Of a stretch of 64,000 bases of DNA, positions 47,722-61,582 are shown in pieces. Both the position numbers and the translations under genes were made by a program. Source of the DNA: Octopus sinensis (taxonomy: Eukaryota); contig NC_043009.1 of the NCBI RefSeq assembly GCF_006345805.1, positions 30,938,001 through 31,002,000 of the forward strand, read 5' to 3'. The notes beneath the pieces were generated by a model that saw only the letters and a list, made by a program, of their open reading frames with translations, did not search any database and was not told the DNA's origin. Position 1 is the stretch's first letter; each line of letters opens with the position of its first letter.

Positions 47722-49199
47722 TTTGTTTTCTCTCTCATCCTTTCTCTAATTCTTTTTCTCCCCTTCACCGTCTTCTATCTCTCTCTCTCCCTCTTCCTCC
47801 TTTACTCTATCTCATTGCTCACACGCGACCATTGTCCATCTTTCTTTTCCTCGTGTGATCATCTTTCTTTTCCTTCAGTGCTGTCATACAGACTGTACTG
47901 TCTCCTCTTCTATCTTTTCTCTAGTCAAAGACAATATTTCTCCAGCATTCACAACTTTACCTCATCTGGTCTATCGACCTCCCCACCACCACCATGTTTA
48001 TTTTCGTTCAGTTTCTTTATATGTCTTCACTGTGCTGTTTTTGTTACCAACTTTGACCCTCCGCAAATCCCAAATTTTATTTTGGTTCGCAGGAGCAACT
48101 GCTTTCAAAGTCTTATACTGTCGTTCAGTGAACGAAATAAGGAGTAGAAGGATAACCAACAACTGATGAAGGGTCGTTTTTTATGTTATTTGGCTTGTTT
48201 TCCATTTGTTTCTCTCACTGTTTTCATACCCAACTTTTTTTCATATTTCATGTTGTTTACATTTTATGATGCCTTGTACCCATATATGCATATCTAGAAA
48301 CATATGTATGTATGTACATATATTTAAGTATGTGTGCATATATATATATATAAAATGATGGACAACTCTTACTATATTCCTCACATTGTATTGTAATTGG
48401 TTGCGCTAATTGGTGGATTACCTTAAATAAAATACATCTTAGAAGCAATAAGCAATGAAATGTATAAATACAAAATTGTTACCAGTTCAGACATGTTTGA
48501 GGCATATTTGAACCCATCAGAAAGTCAGTCACTATTTTCCATTAGAAACAAAATTTCTCACTCTAAACTCGCAAGTATGCAATACCTACTCGAGATACCA
48601 TCTAACCAAACTGATGGATGCAAGCATTTTGGAATGGTTATCTCCTCATCAGCATCAGATACGAGAAAAAGAAAATAGTTTGATTTGACTCCATGTAGCT
48701 TAAAGTTTCAAAGACGTCTTACAAATATCTACCTCATTGGACTCAGGAAACCAAATGGAGAAGTACGGGAAGTCTAAAATGGCTACTGAAAAGGTGGGTC
48801 ACATGGTGTTATCAGAAGTGTAATAAAAAATTTGACAATAGCAAATACATTAAAACTGAGAATTTCTTAGACTTTTTGAGCAGACAGAAAGCTGGTGTCA
48901 TCCATGTGTGTGTGTGTGTGCAGAAAAGTTCCTGGTTTTTGGTAAAAGAAAATACAGAAGGATCGGTTATTTATGATTTTATTGAACATATTCCTCTCTC
49001 AGATTCACACACTGCAGCAGTCCTTCAGTTTTTTGAAGCTTTGTAAAATGACCTCAAAAGGTTGGGCCTTGAACTTTCCAGCATCTCTTTGTACAATGTT
49101 TCTCTCTCTATCTCAGTCTCTCTCTCTCTCCTTCACTCTCTCTATGTGCATATACATATTTTTCTGCTTATATACGTGATTGTATATATAGGAACCCCA

Positions 49200-49550
49200 G
49201 TTGGTTGATTTTTCAGGTGGTTGGGGCCATACTGGTACTCCATAATTTACGAGGGGTGCCAGTTGATCTGATCAATGGAACTGCCTGGTCGTGAAATTAA
49301 CATACAAGTGGCTGAGTACTCCACAGACACTATACTCTTAACGTAGTTCTCAGGGAGATTCAGTGTGACACAGAGTGTGATGAAGATGGCCCTTTGAAAT
49401 ACAGGTATTACTCATTTTTGCCAGCTGAGTGGACTGGAGCAATGTGAAATAAAGTGTCTTGCTCAAGGATACAATGTGTCACCAGGAATTGAACTCATGA
49501 CCTTACAATCGTGAGCCAAATAATCTAACCACTAAGCCATGTGCCTTCAT
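49200..49550 (-). mobile_element. tRNA-derived SINE (family E) with a conserved-type central domain
   Basis: Minus head GGCACATGGCTTAGTGGTTAG..GAGTTCAATTCC, then CCTTGAGCAAGACACTTT..CACTCAGCTG core. Related sequence at about 40215-40500 and 17740-17860. Confidence 0.7.
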
Positions 49551-50069
49551 GGTGGCGATATAACTGAGGCTATAATTCTGTTAAAACATCTTTTTATTCA
49601 ATACAAGCACCCAATGCCTTGTTTGCACAATTGTAAATCCCATGAAAGACTCACCCATTGAAGATTTATTCTAAAATGAAAGAAGAGGGAGATAAATATG
49701 TGTGGTAAATATATTCTGGTGGAAGTTTAGTGATCTGGGGTGAGGTAGATTCAGCCAAATTCATGCAATAATAGATATTTTTAGGATATTTTACTCTGGA
49801 CTAAGCAAATTGATGTCATAATTACTATGAGGAAGGATTTCGGAAATATTTTAATTATTATCCTCATAACAGTGTGGTCTCTGTTGATCCTGACCACCGG
49901 AAAAATGAATTCAGAAGGAAATAAAAAATGGGAAAAAGTATTTCTTCTCTTGTTTTGTTTTCATATTTTAACAGAAAAACTTAATAAATGGCAATGGTAA
50001 GAAAACAATATCAACAAGGAGGCGGGGATGGAATTTTATTAGCAACAAGGTCTCAGAGATTCACAAAAC

Positions 50070-50820
50070 AATGTAGTAGTAGTAGTAGCAGCAGCAGCAG
50101 CAGCAGCAGCAGTGCTGCTGTGGTAATAGTAGTAGTGGTGGTGGTTGTAATAATAATAATGATGATGATGATAATGAAGAAGAAGAAGAAGAAGAAGAAG
50201 AAAAAGAAGAACAAGAAGAAGAACAAGAAGAAGAACAAGAAGAAGAAGGAGAAGAAGAGGAGGGACAACAACAACAACCACAACAGCCAAAATAAGGAAA
50301 ACAACAACAGCAACAACAACTAGCTATGAAGTAAATGCCAGCCTTTATTCTTTCTCTGCTTGATAAATGGTTTTCCATCTGTGACAGACTTTGCCAAATA
50401 TTTGACATGTTTTATCATCAATATTGTTTTTATTGATATTTTGGGTTTCTTGCTCTTGTTACTGTTGTTGTTGTTGTTATTGTTAGCATTTTTTGTTATT
50501 TTCTTTTTTATTACAATTATCAATATCGAATAGAGACCATTGGTGCCATCTTCAGCATCCTCGCTGTTATCATAATCATCATCAACATCAGATTTTGTCA
50601 TCATCATCCTCATCATCATCATCATCATTGGCATCTGGCATCATTCTCACTATTGTCATTATTATCATCGTCATCATAATTATCCTCCACCTCGCCACCT
50701 CCCCTTCCTCCCCACCTCCTCCTCATCAACATGATCATCATCATCATAAATTTTAAGAAACTGTATTAGTTTTGTAATATTGTCATTATCATTATTATTA
50801 TTATTATCATCATCTTGATC
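50070..50820. repeat. Compound trinucleotide tracts (AGC, AGT, AAT, GAT, AAG, AAC, CAT)
   Basis: Visible; source of poly-S/K/N ORFs. Confidence 0.9.
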
Positions 50821-51171
50821 AGTTTGTTGTTATTGGTTCTCTCATTAATACAATTATCTTAATTTCCTATTGTCGTTGTTTCTTTCATATTTCCTTCTTC
50901 TAATTATCCACCTGTTTCTCATTTTCTTGAAACTCTCACATGATTTCCCAGATCACAACAAAAGTTTATTAATCCAGCATCACACAAACATGTCAGTTTT
51001 TGTCTTTCTTCCTTCAGAAATCTTAATGGATCCTTGTTTAATAAACAAAATATGTTACCATTGACTACATACGCCCATCCCAACAACGCCCACCACTGAC
51101 CTTTGTGGTTACAAAAGGTCAACAAGGACAGTCATCTTGACCTTATTTTGAAGATAATATTTTTGTTCCAA

Positions 51172-52015
51172 GATGCTAAGCTGGTAGAAACGTTAGCACA
51201 CTGGGCAAAATGCTTAGCGGTATTTCATGTATTTACATTCTGAGTTCAATTACCACCGAGGTCAACTTTGCCTTTCATCCTTTCAGGGTCGATCAAGTAA
51301 GTACCAGTCATACACTGGAGTCAACGTAATCGACTTAATCCCTTTATCTATCCTTGTGTGTCCCCTGTATGTTTAACCCTTTGAGGGAAATAAAGAAATA
51401 ATTATTTTGGGACAAAATGCTTAGCGGTATTTCATCTGTCTTTACGTTCTGAGTTCAAATTCTGCCTGGTCGACTTTACCATTCGTCCTTTCAAGGTCAA
51501 TAAATTTAGTACCAGTTGCATACTGGGGTTGATCTAATCAACTAGCCCCCTCCCCAAAAATTTTGGGCCTTGTGCTTAGAGCAGAAAAGAATATTTTTCT
51601 TCCAAATTTTGCCATTCCCATTTCCTGACATTGTCTGTTTTATTCGTTTGTTTAATTGCTTTTACCAAATGTTTCAACAATTGCTTGTATTTATTTCTCT
51701 GCTACACTCAACCCACCCCACTGGCAGTCGAGAATATACCACTTATTCATTGAAGTCTATCCACTAAAGAATACATTCTTTTCTACTCTATGCACAAGGA
51801 CCAAAAATTTGGAGGAGGGGGCCAGTCCACTAGATCACCACCACCCCCACTTAAGTATTTCACCCAGCATGCTAACCTTTCTGCCAGCTCACTGCCTTTA
51901 AAATATTTTTCCTACTCTAAACACAAAGGCTAAAATTTTGGGTGAAGGAGTAAGTCAGATTGACCCCAGTACACAACTGATACTTAATTTATCGACCCCC
52001 ACCTTCCTCTAAAGA
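51172..52015. mobile_element. Three family A SINE copies (two plus, one minus)
   Basis: Heads at 51172 and about 51410 (plus), and a reverse copy at about 51780-52010. Confidence 0.75.
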
Positions 52016-52019
52016 AGAT

Positions 52020-52408
52020 GAGTGGCTGTGTGGTAAGTAGCTTGCTAACCAACCACATGGTTCCGGGTTCAGTCCCACTGTGTGACATCTTGGGCAAATG
52101 TCTTGTGCTATAGCCCCGGGCCGACTAATGCCTTGTGAGTGGATTTGGTAGACGGAAACTGAAAGAAGCCTATCGTATATATCTATATATATATGTGTGT
52201 GTGTGTGTTTGTGTGTCTGTGTTTGTCTCCCTAGCATTGCTTGACATCCGATGCTGGTGTGTTTACGTCCCCGTCACTTAGCGGTTCGGCAAAAGAGACC
52301 GATAGAATAAGTACTGGGCTTACAAAGAATAAGTCCTGGGGTCGATTTGCTCGACTAAAGGCGGTGCTCCAGCATGGCCGCAGTCAAATGACTGAAACAA
52401 GTAAAAGG
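52020..52408 (+). mobile_element. Family B SINE, full length
   Basis: Consensus match head to tail. Confidence 0.9.
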
Positions 52409-52544
52409 GAAAGAGAAAGAGAGAATACTCTCATGATTTATTCATTCTGTATTCTCACAACTGGCTGATGAATGGTCATGCCATACTGAGAATAACAGTT
52501 GGTCAAGACTTAAGTAAAATAGTATGTATATAAATACATGGACA

Positions 52545-52790
52545 CAGGCATGAATGTGTGGTAAGATGTTTGCTTCCCAGCCACATGGATCTGGGTTCAG
52601 TCCCACTGCATAACACCTTTGCTGAGTGCCTTCTACAATAGCCAAAGGCCAACCAAAGCCTTGTGGGTGGATTTGGTTGATGGAAACTGAAAGAAGCCCA
52701 TTGTGTGTGTGTATGTTTGTCTCCTGCCATTACATGACAATTGGTGTTGGTTTGTTTATGTCCCCCATAACTTAGAATAAGTACCAAACT
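52545..52790 (+). mobile_element. Family B SINE, older copy
   Basis: GTGTGGTAAGATGTTTGCTT head; GAAACTGAAAGAAGCCC; GTTTGTTTATGTCCCC. Confidence 0.75.
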
Positions 52791-52809
52791 TAAAAAAACT
52801 TTTATACTT

Positions 52810-53783
52810 CATTTAATTTTCAAAATGAAGATAAACAAAGTTCTTATACTCTCCTTCATTTTCTACAATGTTCTTCCAGTAAATATTCCTCCAGTGCTGT
52901 TCTGACCTTGTCTACAGAATTCATATTTTTTCTGTCCAATTTATTTTGAAGACTGTGGAATAAATGATAATCAGATAGAGCAATGTCCAGCGAATATAAT
53001 GGGTTTCCCATTCAAACTACTCTAGTCTTTGGAATGTCATCTTTGCTGTATGTGGCCGAGCATTATCCTGACGGAAGAACACCTTTCATCTTGAAACCAA
53101 AGATGGTTGCTCTTCTTTTAGTGCTGACTTAAGCCACTCAAGCTCCTTGCAGTAGCTCTCCTTTGTTAGAATTTGGCTTTGGTTTAAAACTTCAGAGTGG
53201 ACTAAACTTTTCATATACCACCAAACAGATAACAATATCTTATGTGGGTGAAGAGCTTCTGCAGCCTAGGGTTCTGGTGTTTCTCCTTTCCCTATCCACT
53301 GTCTTCACATTTTTATAAAGAACTCATTTCTCATCACCAGTCACTAAATAGGTTCATTCATGAGATGTGACAGCAAAGAAGTGCACACATTCACTCTCTG
53401 TGTGTGATTAGAGTAGGAAATTTTGTGAGGTACCTATTGATCCAATTTGCTGACTTTTCCAATGGCATGCAGGTGTCAATGAAAGGTTGAATGACCAAAC
53501 CTAAGTTTCTCTGCTAATTCCTCAACAGTTACAATGGGATTTTGTTCCACCAGGGTTTGCAGGACATCCTCATCAGGATCTACTGATCTTTCAGAGAATG
53601 AGGCTCATCTTCTAGGCTGTTATTTTCAGCTCAGAATTTCTGGAACCACCATTAACATTGGCTTATGCTTATTATCCAATTCCCATATGCTACATTAATA
53701 TTCGTCACTCTTTCTGTTGCATGGTTGCCTTTATTGAACTCATAAAGCAAAATATGCTAAATATGTTCCTTTGTTACTTCCAT
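52810..53783 (-). mobile_element. Mariner (Tc1/mariner) transposase relic
   Basis: From ATG at 53783: MEVTKEHI..ILLYEFNKGN; SLEDEP; LVEQNP..TVEELAEKL; VPHK; DEKWVFYKNVK; HPHKILLSVWW; QDNARPHTAKMT. Diagnostic mariner motifs, with many stops and frameshifts; TIRs not found. Confidence 0.85.
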
Positions 53784-54605
53784 TATAGCTTTGAAAAAAT
53801 AGCTGTTAAAATCGAACTGCACTCTTCAAAATTTGCACTAAGAATAAGTACAAGGTAAAATTACTATCTGCTTTTATAGCAAGTTGATGCAAGTAGTTTA
53901 TCCCATCCCCCTCTGACTTTTAGTTCATGCAACTGAAAAAATTGCATTATTTATGGGATGACCCAATTCATATGTGTGTGTGTGTGTGGTGTGTGTGTGT
54001 GTGTGTGTGTGTGTATCTAGGTCTGAAACAAAAGATTAACAGACCTTGTGCTCTATGTAATGTTTTGTGAGAATATTTCTGTCAACTTACATCTCCTGTA
54101 GTTACGACAATATTGATTTTGTCTTATGACTAGAGTCACCAAGTTATTATTTGTGTCAGAAGGTCACAGTTGATTGAATTGTCTCTTGTGTATATTACTG
54201 GTACTAATTTTAATGAACTCACTATGTTGGCAAAACAAAGTGAATCCCAACAGAATTCCAATGAAGAACCGAGAATGCTATCGATAATTATGATATAGCA
54301 TTTAGTGCAGAATGCTAGTGTTCCCATCATCTCTTCATCATTCTGATAAAATAAATATTGCGATAAACAAAGTTAAAATTCCCAGTGAGTCAGTGTTTTA
54401 TTTTCTATTTGTTTTCTTTTGTTCAATTTAGTGTTTTTGTTTCTTTTTAATCAAAGCTAAAATGAAGAATTCCTACTTATTGATTCACAAAATAAAAAGA
54501 AACAAAATGGCAAAATAAATTTGATTCGTGAAGAGTTCTTCTTTCTCTGAAGTATTTAATTAAATAAACAAGTGTAAGAAAATTGTTTTCTACTACCATA
54601 TGCAG

Positions 54606-54804
54606 TGCTATATATGCTATCATTTCCTCTTTAATTACAACTTTTGATATTCACAATGATCGGGCAAAACTGAGACAAGCAATGGAATGCTTTGACTGTG
54701 TTAAATGGAATCAACTTTGGCAGATCTCAATTGATGATTTGTACAATATTTATGTAAAAGCAAATGACTCTGAATTCAAAGACAATAGCTCAAGTCAAAG
54801 TTAA
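54606..54804 (+). other. Candidate coding exon (possibly terminal) of an unidentified host gene
   Basis: ttttctactaccatatgcag|; 65 open codons AIYAIISSLITTFDIHNDRAKLRQAMECFDCVKWNQLWQISIDDLYNIYVKANDSEFKDNSSSQS* in unique AT-rich DNA. An upstream donor CCCA|gtgagt lies at 54384. Confidence 0.35.
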
Positions 54805-55319
54805 TGATTAGTTTGGGAGCAATTAGATTACACTTAATTATAGATTTTGCTGTTAACATCAATAGTTTAACGATTCTGTGTCACAGGTAAAATAATAAAT
54901 AGACAAAATATGGAAAACAACAGGTGCCATTTCACGGCAGCAGAAACATGGGAAATCCTCATATAATTTGATTGATTTCTTCAGAGCCTAAAGATGACTC
55001 ACAGAACAGAATCCTTTCAGGCTGAACCCTACCATTTTATTGGTTTATTTCTACTTTCATTATCCTTAACCCTTCTTTTTTTACTTTTTTATTTTACTTT
55101 TTTTTTTGGCCCAGTAGTCCCATAATCTTTCTTTCCTGTACTTTTTGTTATTATTCTTTCTCATTAATTAACAATAAGTCAATATTTAATTATAGTAAGG
55201 GTAAGCTTGATCAGATTATGTCAATAATGGTTTGCTTGAAGCAAAATCTAATCATTGCATGAGAAATAACTAAAAAAACAACCACAGTAACAGCAACAGT
55301 ATTGAGAACAAGTGCAAGA

Positions 55320-55500
55320 ATAACAAAGATGATGATGGTGGTGGTGGTGGTGGTGATGGTGGTGTAGGTAGCAGTAGTGTGGAAGATGATGATGGTGATG
55401 ATGGTGGTGGTGAAAATGATAGTGATGATAGCGATGATAGTGATGATGAGGGTGATGGTAGTGGTGGTGGGATTGATGACAATGATGATGACTATAATGA
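55320..55500. repeat. (GAT/GGT)n tract
   Basis: Visible. Confidence 0.9.
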
Positions 55501-57074
55501 TCGGAATTATTTAATGCAACAGAATAGAGAGCTGAGAAAATTATGATATGTGAGTGTAAGTTGTCTCCAAAGCAATGCAGAAAGTCAGAAGGAATTAGTA
55601 TTGAAAATAAAATCTCAAGTATTGCGAACATATTGCTGATATCACATATTCAGATAACTCTACCAGGAGACTTTAATGCCGATTGTGTTTATTATTTATA
55701 GAGAAGTCAGGTAATGGTTAAAGATGTATTGATATGAATAGGTTAGTGCTGATGCACTACTAGAAAGATCCAAAGAGAATGTGTGGTAAATACATCGATC
55801 TGCGACCTTAACGACTAATGTTTGAGGAAACAAGACTTGAAGAGAGTCAGAAGAAAGCCAAACAGCAGAGAAAGATAAACAATCTAGATGAAAAGATAAA
55901 GAAAATAATAAAATTTAATCGAAGAAGACATTATATAAGTAGGCAATAGGTAACGCAAGGGAAAGTTTTCCAGATAGAAATCAAACAAAAATAACTGCAT
56001 AATAAAACATTAAAAATGAAAAGCAAAGAAGAGTCTTAGAAATAAAAGAAAAACAACGTCAACAAATTATTGCAACATCTCAACTGATATGAAAATAGAT
56101 TTTTCTTTTCTTTTTAAATTCATGAGAGAATGATTTGTAATTAAATGTTGTAAAGGGGCAAAAATTGACTGGAAAGAGAATTTGATGTAAAGGAAATATA
56201 AATAAGAAAATGCATCTATATGGTTGAATAATTTTGGCTTGATCTAATAATTTGTCTATCCAACTTTACCTCAAGAACTTCCTAATAACAATTCATGTCA
56301 TATTTTTAATCTGCTTGCATGACATGTAAGCATCAGTGCAGTCATCTCTCCTTCATAATTCAACCAAAATCTTTCATATGCATTTACTTTTGCAATTCAC
56401 ACATGGCTTGTTTCATAACTCAATATTTATATTCAAAGGTTATGTTCATCTCTGTCTTCAGCATTGCTTCTTCATGGTTCCCTGCCACACATCATGGTAC
56501 TTCTTACTCTACATTAGTGTATTTTGTTGTTGTTGCTGGTTTTCTTTTTCAAGGAAAAAATAATATCTTGCTGCCACCAGAGATTATTTCATGAAATATA
56601 CTCTTCACTAGCAGTACTTATCAAGCAAACGAGACTGTATCAATGACCAACTCACAGATAATCATCATCATTATCATCGTTATCCTCCTCCTTTTTTCTC
56701 CTCCTCCTCCTCATCATTTCCATGTCCACCTTTCCATGTATGCATAGGCTAGACACAGTTGACTGAGGCAAATTTTTGTACAGGCCACATGCCTTTTCCA
56801 GTCACAAATCCTCGTTAGTTTCCCAAGCAAGTTTATATTTCTTCATTACCAGACAAGTTCACACAAAATATTGGAAATGAATGACACTGCTTATGTGTCT
56901 TATTTACAACTGTCACATGATGTCAAGACAAGGAAACACAAACTTATTCAAACTCACACATACATACATACACACACATATATGCCAGTGCATATATGTG
57001 TGTATGCAATGGCTTCTTTCAGTTTCCATCTAACAGATGTGCAACAAAATTTGATACCTTGACATTAAGAAGGG

Positions 57075-57225
57075 CATCCTCTTGACATTAAGAAGCGTAT
57101 CCAGCTGTAGAAACTTTGCCGGATCAGATTGGAGCTTGGTGCAACCTTTTGGCTTGCTAGCTCTCAGTCAAACCATCCAACCCATGCCAGCATGGAAAGT
57201 GGACATTGAACGATGATGATGATAA
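57075..57225 (+). mobile_element. Family C 3' portion with a small internal duplication (CTTGACATTAAGAAG twice)
   Basis: Consensus match followed by (GAT)n tail. Confidence 0.7.
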
Positions 57226-58922
57226 TGTGAAATAATTTAAAGAGAATTTAACAGTTTTGTGTTTTATTAACTGGCTCATGGTAAATTGTTCTGATTCCCT
57301 TGTACTCCAAGATCGACTTTGCCTTTCATACTTCCAAGGTTGATAAAAGATCCAAATCCAGAAAGGAAGACTGACAGATCTGTAAGACCATCAAATCATG
57401 TGCCTTATACTATTTGTTCCAGCTCTTTGCAGTCTGTGTTCAAATCCTACCACAGCCTGTTTAAGGGACAATCATCAACACGATTATCTCATACCTTGGA
57501 AGAAGCCTTTGGTTTGAGGATAGCTTTCTATCTACTAGTCTCAGCAACCATGTAAAAGGTCATAGACACTTTTGTCTCTCCTGGTTAAAAGATAAAGACA
57601 AATGTTCACCATGCTTTCAGATGTCCTCCCTCCCTCTACACCAAAGGGAAAACAAGGACTAATAAAACTTTACTCAAAGTTTATTGAAGACATCATAGTC
57701 AGAATACAAAGACCATGGGCTACAAAACATCCTGTCACAGACTCTAACAATTCCAATTGAACCCCCTCAACTGCTATTTTATTTAGTGACACAAAGTTGG
57801 CCTTGGATTTGAACTTATAACAGAGAGCTCTGCAGTAAGTACTGAAAGAAATTCTAACCAATGCTCCAGTGACTGTCAGCTCAGCTCATCATTAACACTG
57901 ATATCATTCACATTGCCTATTGAAAATATGTTCTTTATTTACCTCCCCTGGCATCACTCTGATTAACCAGCTGTCATCTAGCTAAATGCCTACGCATAAC
58001 ACTTATTACATCACCAATGTTTTAATATCTCTGCTTCAAGTTTTCAGCCTACACTTCGAAATCAACATGTTCTAATATTCTAATGAAAATGTTATACTTA
58101 ATTGTCCCCCAAGAATAAACCAAATTATCTTTTTCTCAGCAATAAAACCAGAAAAGATCTTCTCAAAACTAGTAATTCCTCTCTACATTAAGCAGAATAA
58201 AATTGTGAAATTTTTTCTAAATTTTCAATCTGTGAAATATTAAAATTACAGTTATCTCTGTACTCTGTACTTGACATGCAAAATATTATATTAAAGTGAT
58301 AATTAAGCCAGTATTAAATATTATTATAATAATTGTACGTTTTTTTCCTCAATTATTTAATAACCTGTTTAAATCAATAAAAATTATTTAATTTAGAATG
58401 AAAAATTTAATAATGGTAGTTAGGTATCAACTCATTACATTGGAATTTTAGAAAACCGTTCGTAATTTGGGGCTATTATTGACACAATTTCCAGAAAAGT
58501 TAATATAATGAAAGCACGATATTGCATGACTTGCTCAGTGGTTAAAACTAAGAACCAAGGTTCAAGTCTTCAATGATAACATGTTTGTAGGGATTAATTC
58601 TTCAAACTGTCACATAACACATAAACACAGTCAATTCTTGCTTTTGAAATAAAGGTACTGAGGTCATTTCTAGTGAATGGATAAATATAGGCAAGATAAA
58701 CTTATTACTTTTATTAATAAATTGTTGATTTAATGTCTTGAATAACATGAAGAGAAAAATCCAGTATGTTACTATTGACAAATTCTTGAGTTGAAATACA
58801 AATGGAATTTCACTGAAATAAGAGATCAGAGGATGGTTTAAATAATGGTTAGCTAAGTTGATATGTTAATAATAAATTATCAGTTTGAGGTTACTACATG
58901 TGTGAAATACAGCATAAATCAG

Positions 58923-58964
<42 letters not shown>

Positions 58965-59087
58965 TAATAATAATAATAATATTTCTATTGCCTTACATCC
59001 ATTTTTGTATGTTTCCATGAATGGGAAGGTTTCTCTAAATTTCAACATTAGCATATTGTTTTCACATTCATAATTCTTCTACCCCAG

Positions 59088-59214
59088 CTATGAGTCACGA
59101 ATGGAACTTCTTGTACAATACATGGAAAAATTTGAATTGAAGAAAAGCTACTATTTTGAACTTGACCTCTGTGAGAATAAATTGAAAACAATTTTGAAAG
59201 AAAGACATGTTCAG
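59088..59214 (+). other. Candidate coding exon of an unidentified host gene
   Basis: taattcttctaccccag|C TAT GAG..GTT CAG|gttgta; open: YESRMELLVQYMEKFELKKSYYFELDLCENKLKTILKERHVQ. Donor is weak. Confidence 0.35.
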
Positions 59215-59699
59215 GTTGTATATGTTAACTTTTATAGTGTTAAGTCTAAGAGTGCTTCTGCTGTATTATACAGGCAAAATGTATTAAATAAAAGCAAACA
59301 CAATATAGTAAAGAGAAATTTTACTTGAATTTGTTTGGAGGATCTAACTTCAGTGAGTAGAATGAAATACTTTGTCCAAATATTCAGCAATATTTTGGCG
59401 AAAAAAGAAACCCAAACTGCACCCTACCCAAGTTTTGCTGATACACATAAAAGTTAGTTACATACTGAATACTTTGTGACTGCCTTGTATAATGTATTAC
59501 ACTCACAAACATCTTAGATGTATTAGTGTATACACCATGCAAATATAATATAACAGCTTTAGGTGTTGATGTTTTCTTTGAAGAGAATTTCAAGACATGG
59601 GTAACTTTAGTAAAGTGTTGTTCAAAGAAAGTGTGAAGCGTGTGTTTCCAGGGAGAGATATCTAAGTTGAAACTTAATGTTGCAAATTAAATCTGACAC

Positions 59700-60500
59700 A
59701 ACAGTATCTAGATTTACCTAATTGTCACATTGGATCTTCTTCACTGCAGTGAGGTAATTTCTTCATATTTGGAATTCAGCCACTATAACTAATTAAGAGT
59801 TGCTTATCTACAACCATAATGCCTGCAAGATGACTATCAGAAAATCAAAGGATGCCTTTGAGAATAGAATGGCCTGCAAGATCTCTCACCTAGCAAAATT
59901 ACTGCCTCATCTTGTGGCTCCTTGCCAAAAGGGATCTGAAATGATTTAGCAGAAACGTTTACTTGCCACTTCTCGGCCAAGATGGTTTTGTAAGTTAACA
60001 CTCCTACTGATAAAGCTTTTGTGTTTACCATCTACTTTCATGCACTTCCACACTCATTTGAAACACTCCATTTACCATTTACTAACATACGTACAGAATA
60101 ACCAAAGGCAAAATCTGATCTAATATACCCAAACCATGAAGGGGACCAGTTCTGACTGAACCAATTCCATTAACATAAAACTAGGATCTACAGATCTTAA
60201 TCCTCTCATCACCATATCTTTAATGCTTCTGTATTTATTGAAGTTTACTTTATGGGATATATATGTGACAATATGTTTTATCTACAAGAACTACTTACTC
60301 TCCAACACAAACAAACAATAATGTAAGACCCTTATGTCTAACATGTCAAAAACCCCTGAAATAATTGTAAACGTCCACCATGTTGAATAGTTTATGTCTT
60401 TTCCCATCCCCAGTTGCCACTAATAGATTTTGTGCTGCCAAACCATCAGGAAATTTCTCTCATATGCAACACTTCATTGCAATCTTGCCTTTCAGAACTT
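59700..60500 (+). mobile_element. Highly degraded CR1/Jockey-like LINE ORF2 fragment
   Basis: ACKMTIRKSKDAFENRM; TPTDKAFVF; NVRPLCLT resemble the EN-RT linker and the NYRPISLT motif. Confidence 0.45.
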
Positions 60501-60744
60501 TGTAGTAAGTAATAGCGTTCTTTTGATATCAGTAATATAGTTATTTATTTCATACACAAGAACCATTTCATAAATTTTATTCACTATATAATACATACTA
60601 ATGTATATTTTGTAGTCATAACAATGAACGATAAAATCTTGGTAAAAATATATCACATAAACTCCTCTCATGAATCTATGTCCATACATATGTGCAACCA
60701 ATTCAAAAAAGGGATTGTGTCAACAAAAATTGATAAAATAATTC

Positions 60745-60945
60745 TTTCGACTATAGGCATGAGGCCTGAATTTTAGGGAGGGAGTTAGGTGATTACATCT
60801 ACCCCAGTATTTAACTGGTACTTTATTTTATCAACCCCAAAAGGATGAATGGAAAAGTTGACCTTGGTGAAGTTTGAACACTGAATGTAAACACAGACAA
60901 AGTGCCATTAAGTTTTTTGTCCAGCATGGTAACAATTCTGCCATG
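60745..60945 (-). mobile_element. Family A SINE
   Basis: GGCATGAGGCCTGAATTTT..AACTGGTACTT..GAAGTTTGAAC. Confidence 0.75.
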
Positions 60946-61139
60946 GTGCTTAATAAATCATGCACTTATTATCACACACTTTTATCATAACAAAAAATTA
61001 CATATCATAAGCTTTTTGTGGAACGCTAAAAATTTGTTTGAAGTATAACATATTGACTTTACTTTACAATTACAATGCATTGAGGAATGCTTTGTCAGGT
61101 TTATTACAATTGCTGTGTAAAATACATTGAAAAATTCTG

Positions 61140-61307
61140 TGTGGTAAGTAGCTTGCTTACCAACCACATGGTTTCGGGTTCATTCCCATTGCATGGCACC
61201 TTGGGCAAGTGTCTTCTACTATAGCCTCAGGCCAACCAAAGCCTTGTGAGTGAATATGGTAGACGGAAACTGAAAGAAGCCCGTCGTATATATGTATATG
61301 TATATAT

Positions 61308-61354
<47 letters not shown>

Positions 61355-61582
61355 TCTGTGTGTGTGTGTATGTTTGTATGTCTGTGTTTGTCCCCCAACA
61401 TCGCTTGACAACTGATGGTGGTGTGTTTACATCACCATAACTTAGCGGTTCAGCAAAAGAGACCGATAGAATAAGTACTAGGCATACAAAGAAGAAGTCC
61501 TGGGGTCGATTTGCTCGATTAAAAGGCGGTGCTTCAGCAAGGCCACAGTCAAATGACTGAAACATGTAAAAGAGTAAAGAGT
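61140..61582 (+). mobile_element. Family B SINE, near full length
   Basis: Consensus match with an expanded internal (TA)n. Confidence 0.88.

Noticed and set aside
48160-48200. CTGATGAAGGG motif in a PLE-like repeat
   Set aside because: No closing stem II or GAAAC nearby, so the fold cannot be supported.
59384-59593. PKAVILYLHG resembles an alpha/beta-hydrolase motif
   Set aside because: No nucleophile motif or supporting exons, an in-frame stop just upstream, and it lies beside a decayed LINE on the other strand. Likely chance.
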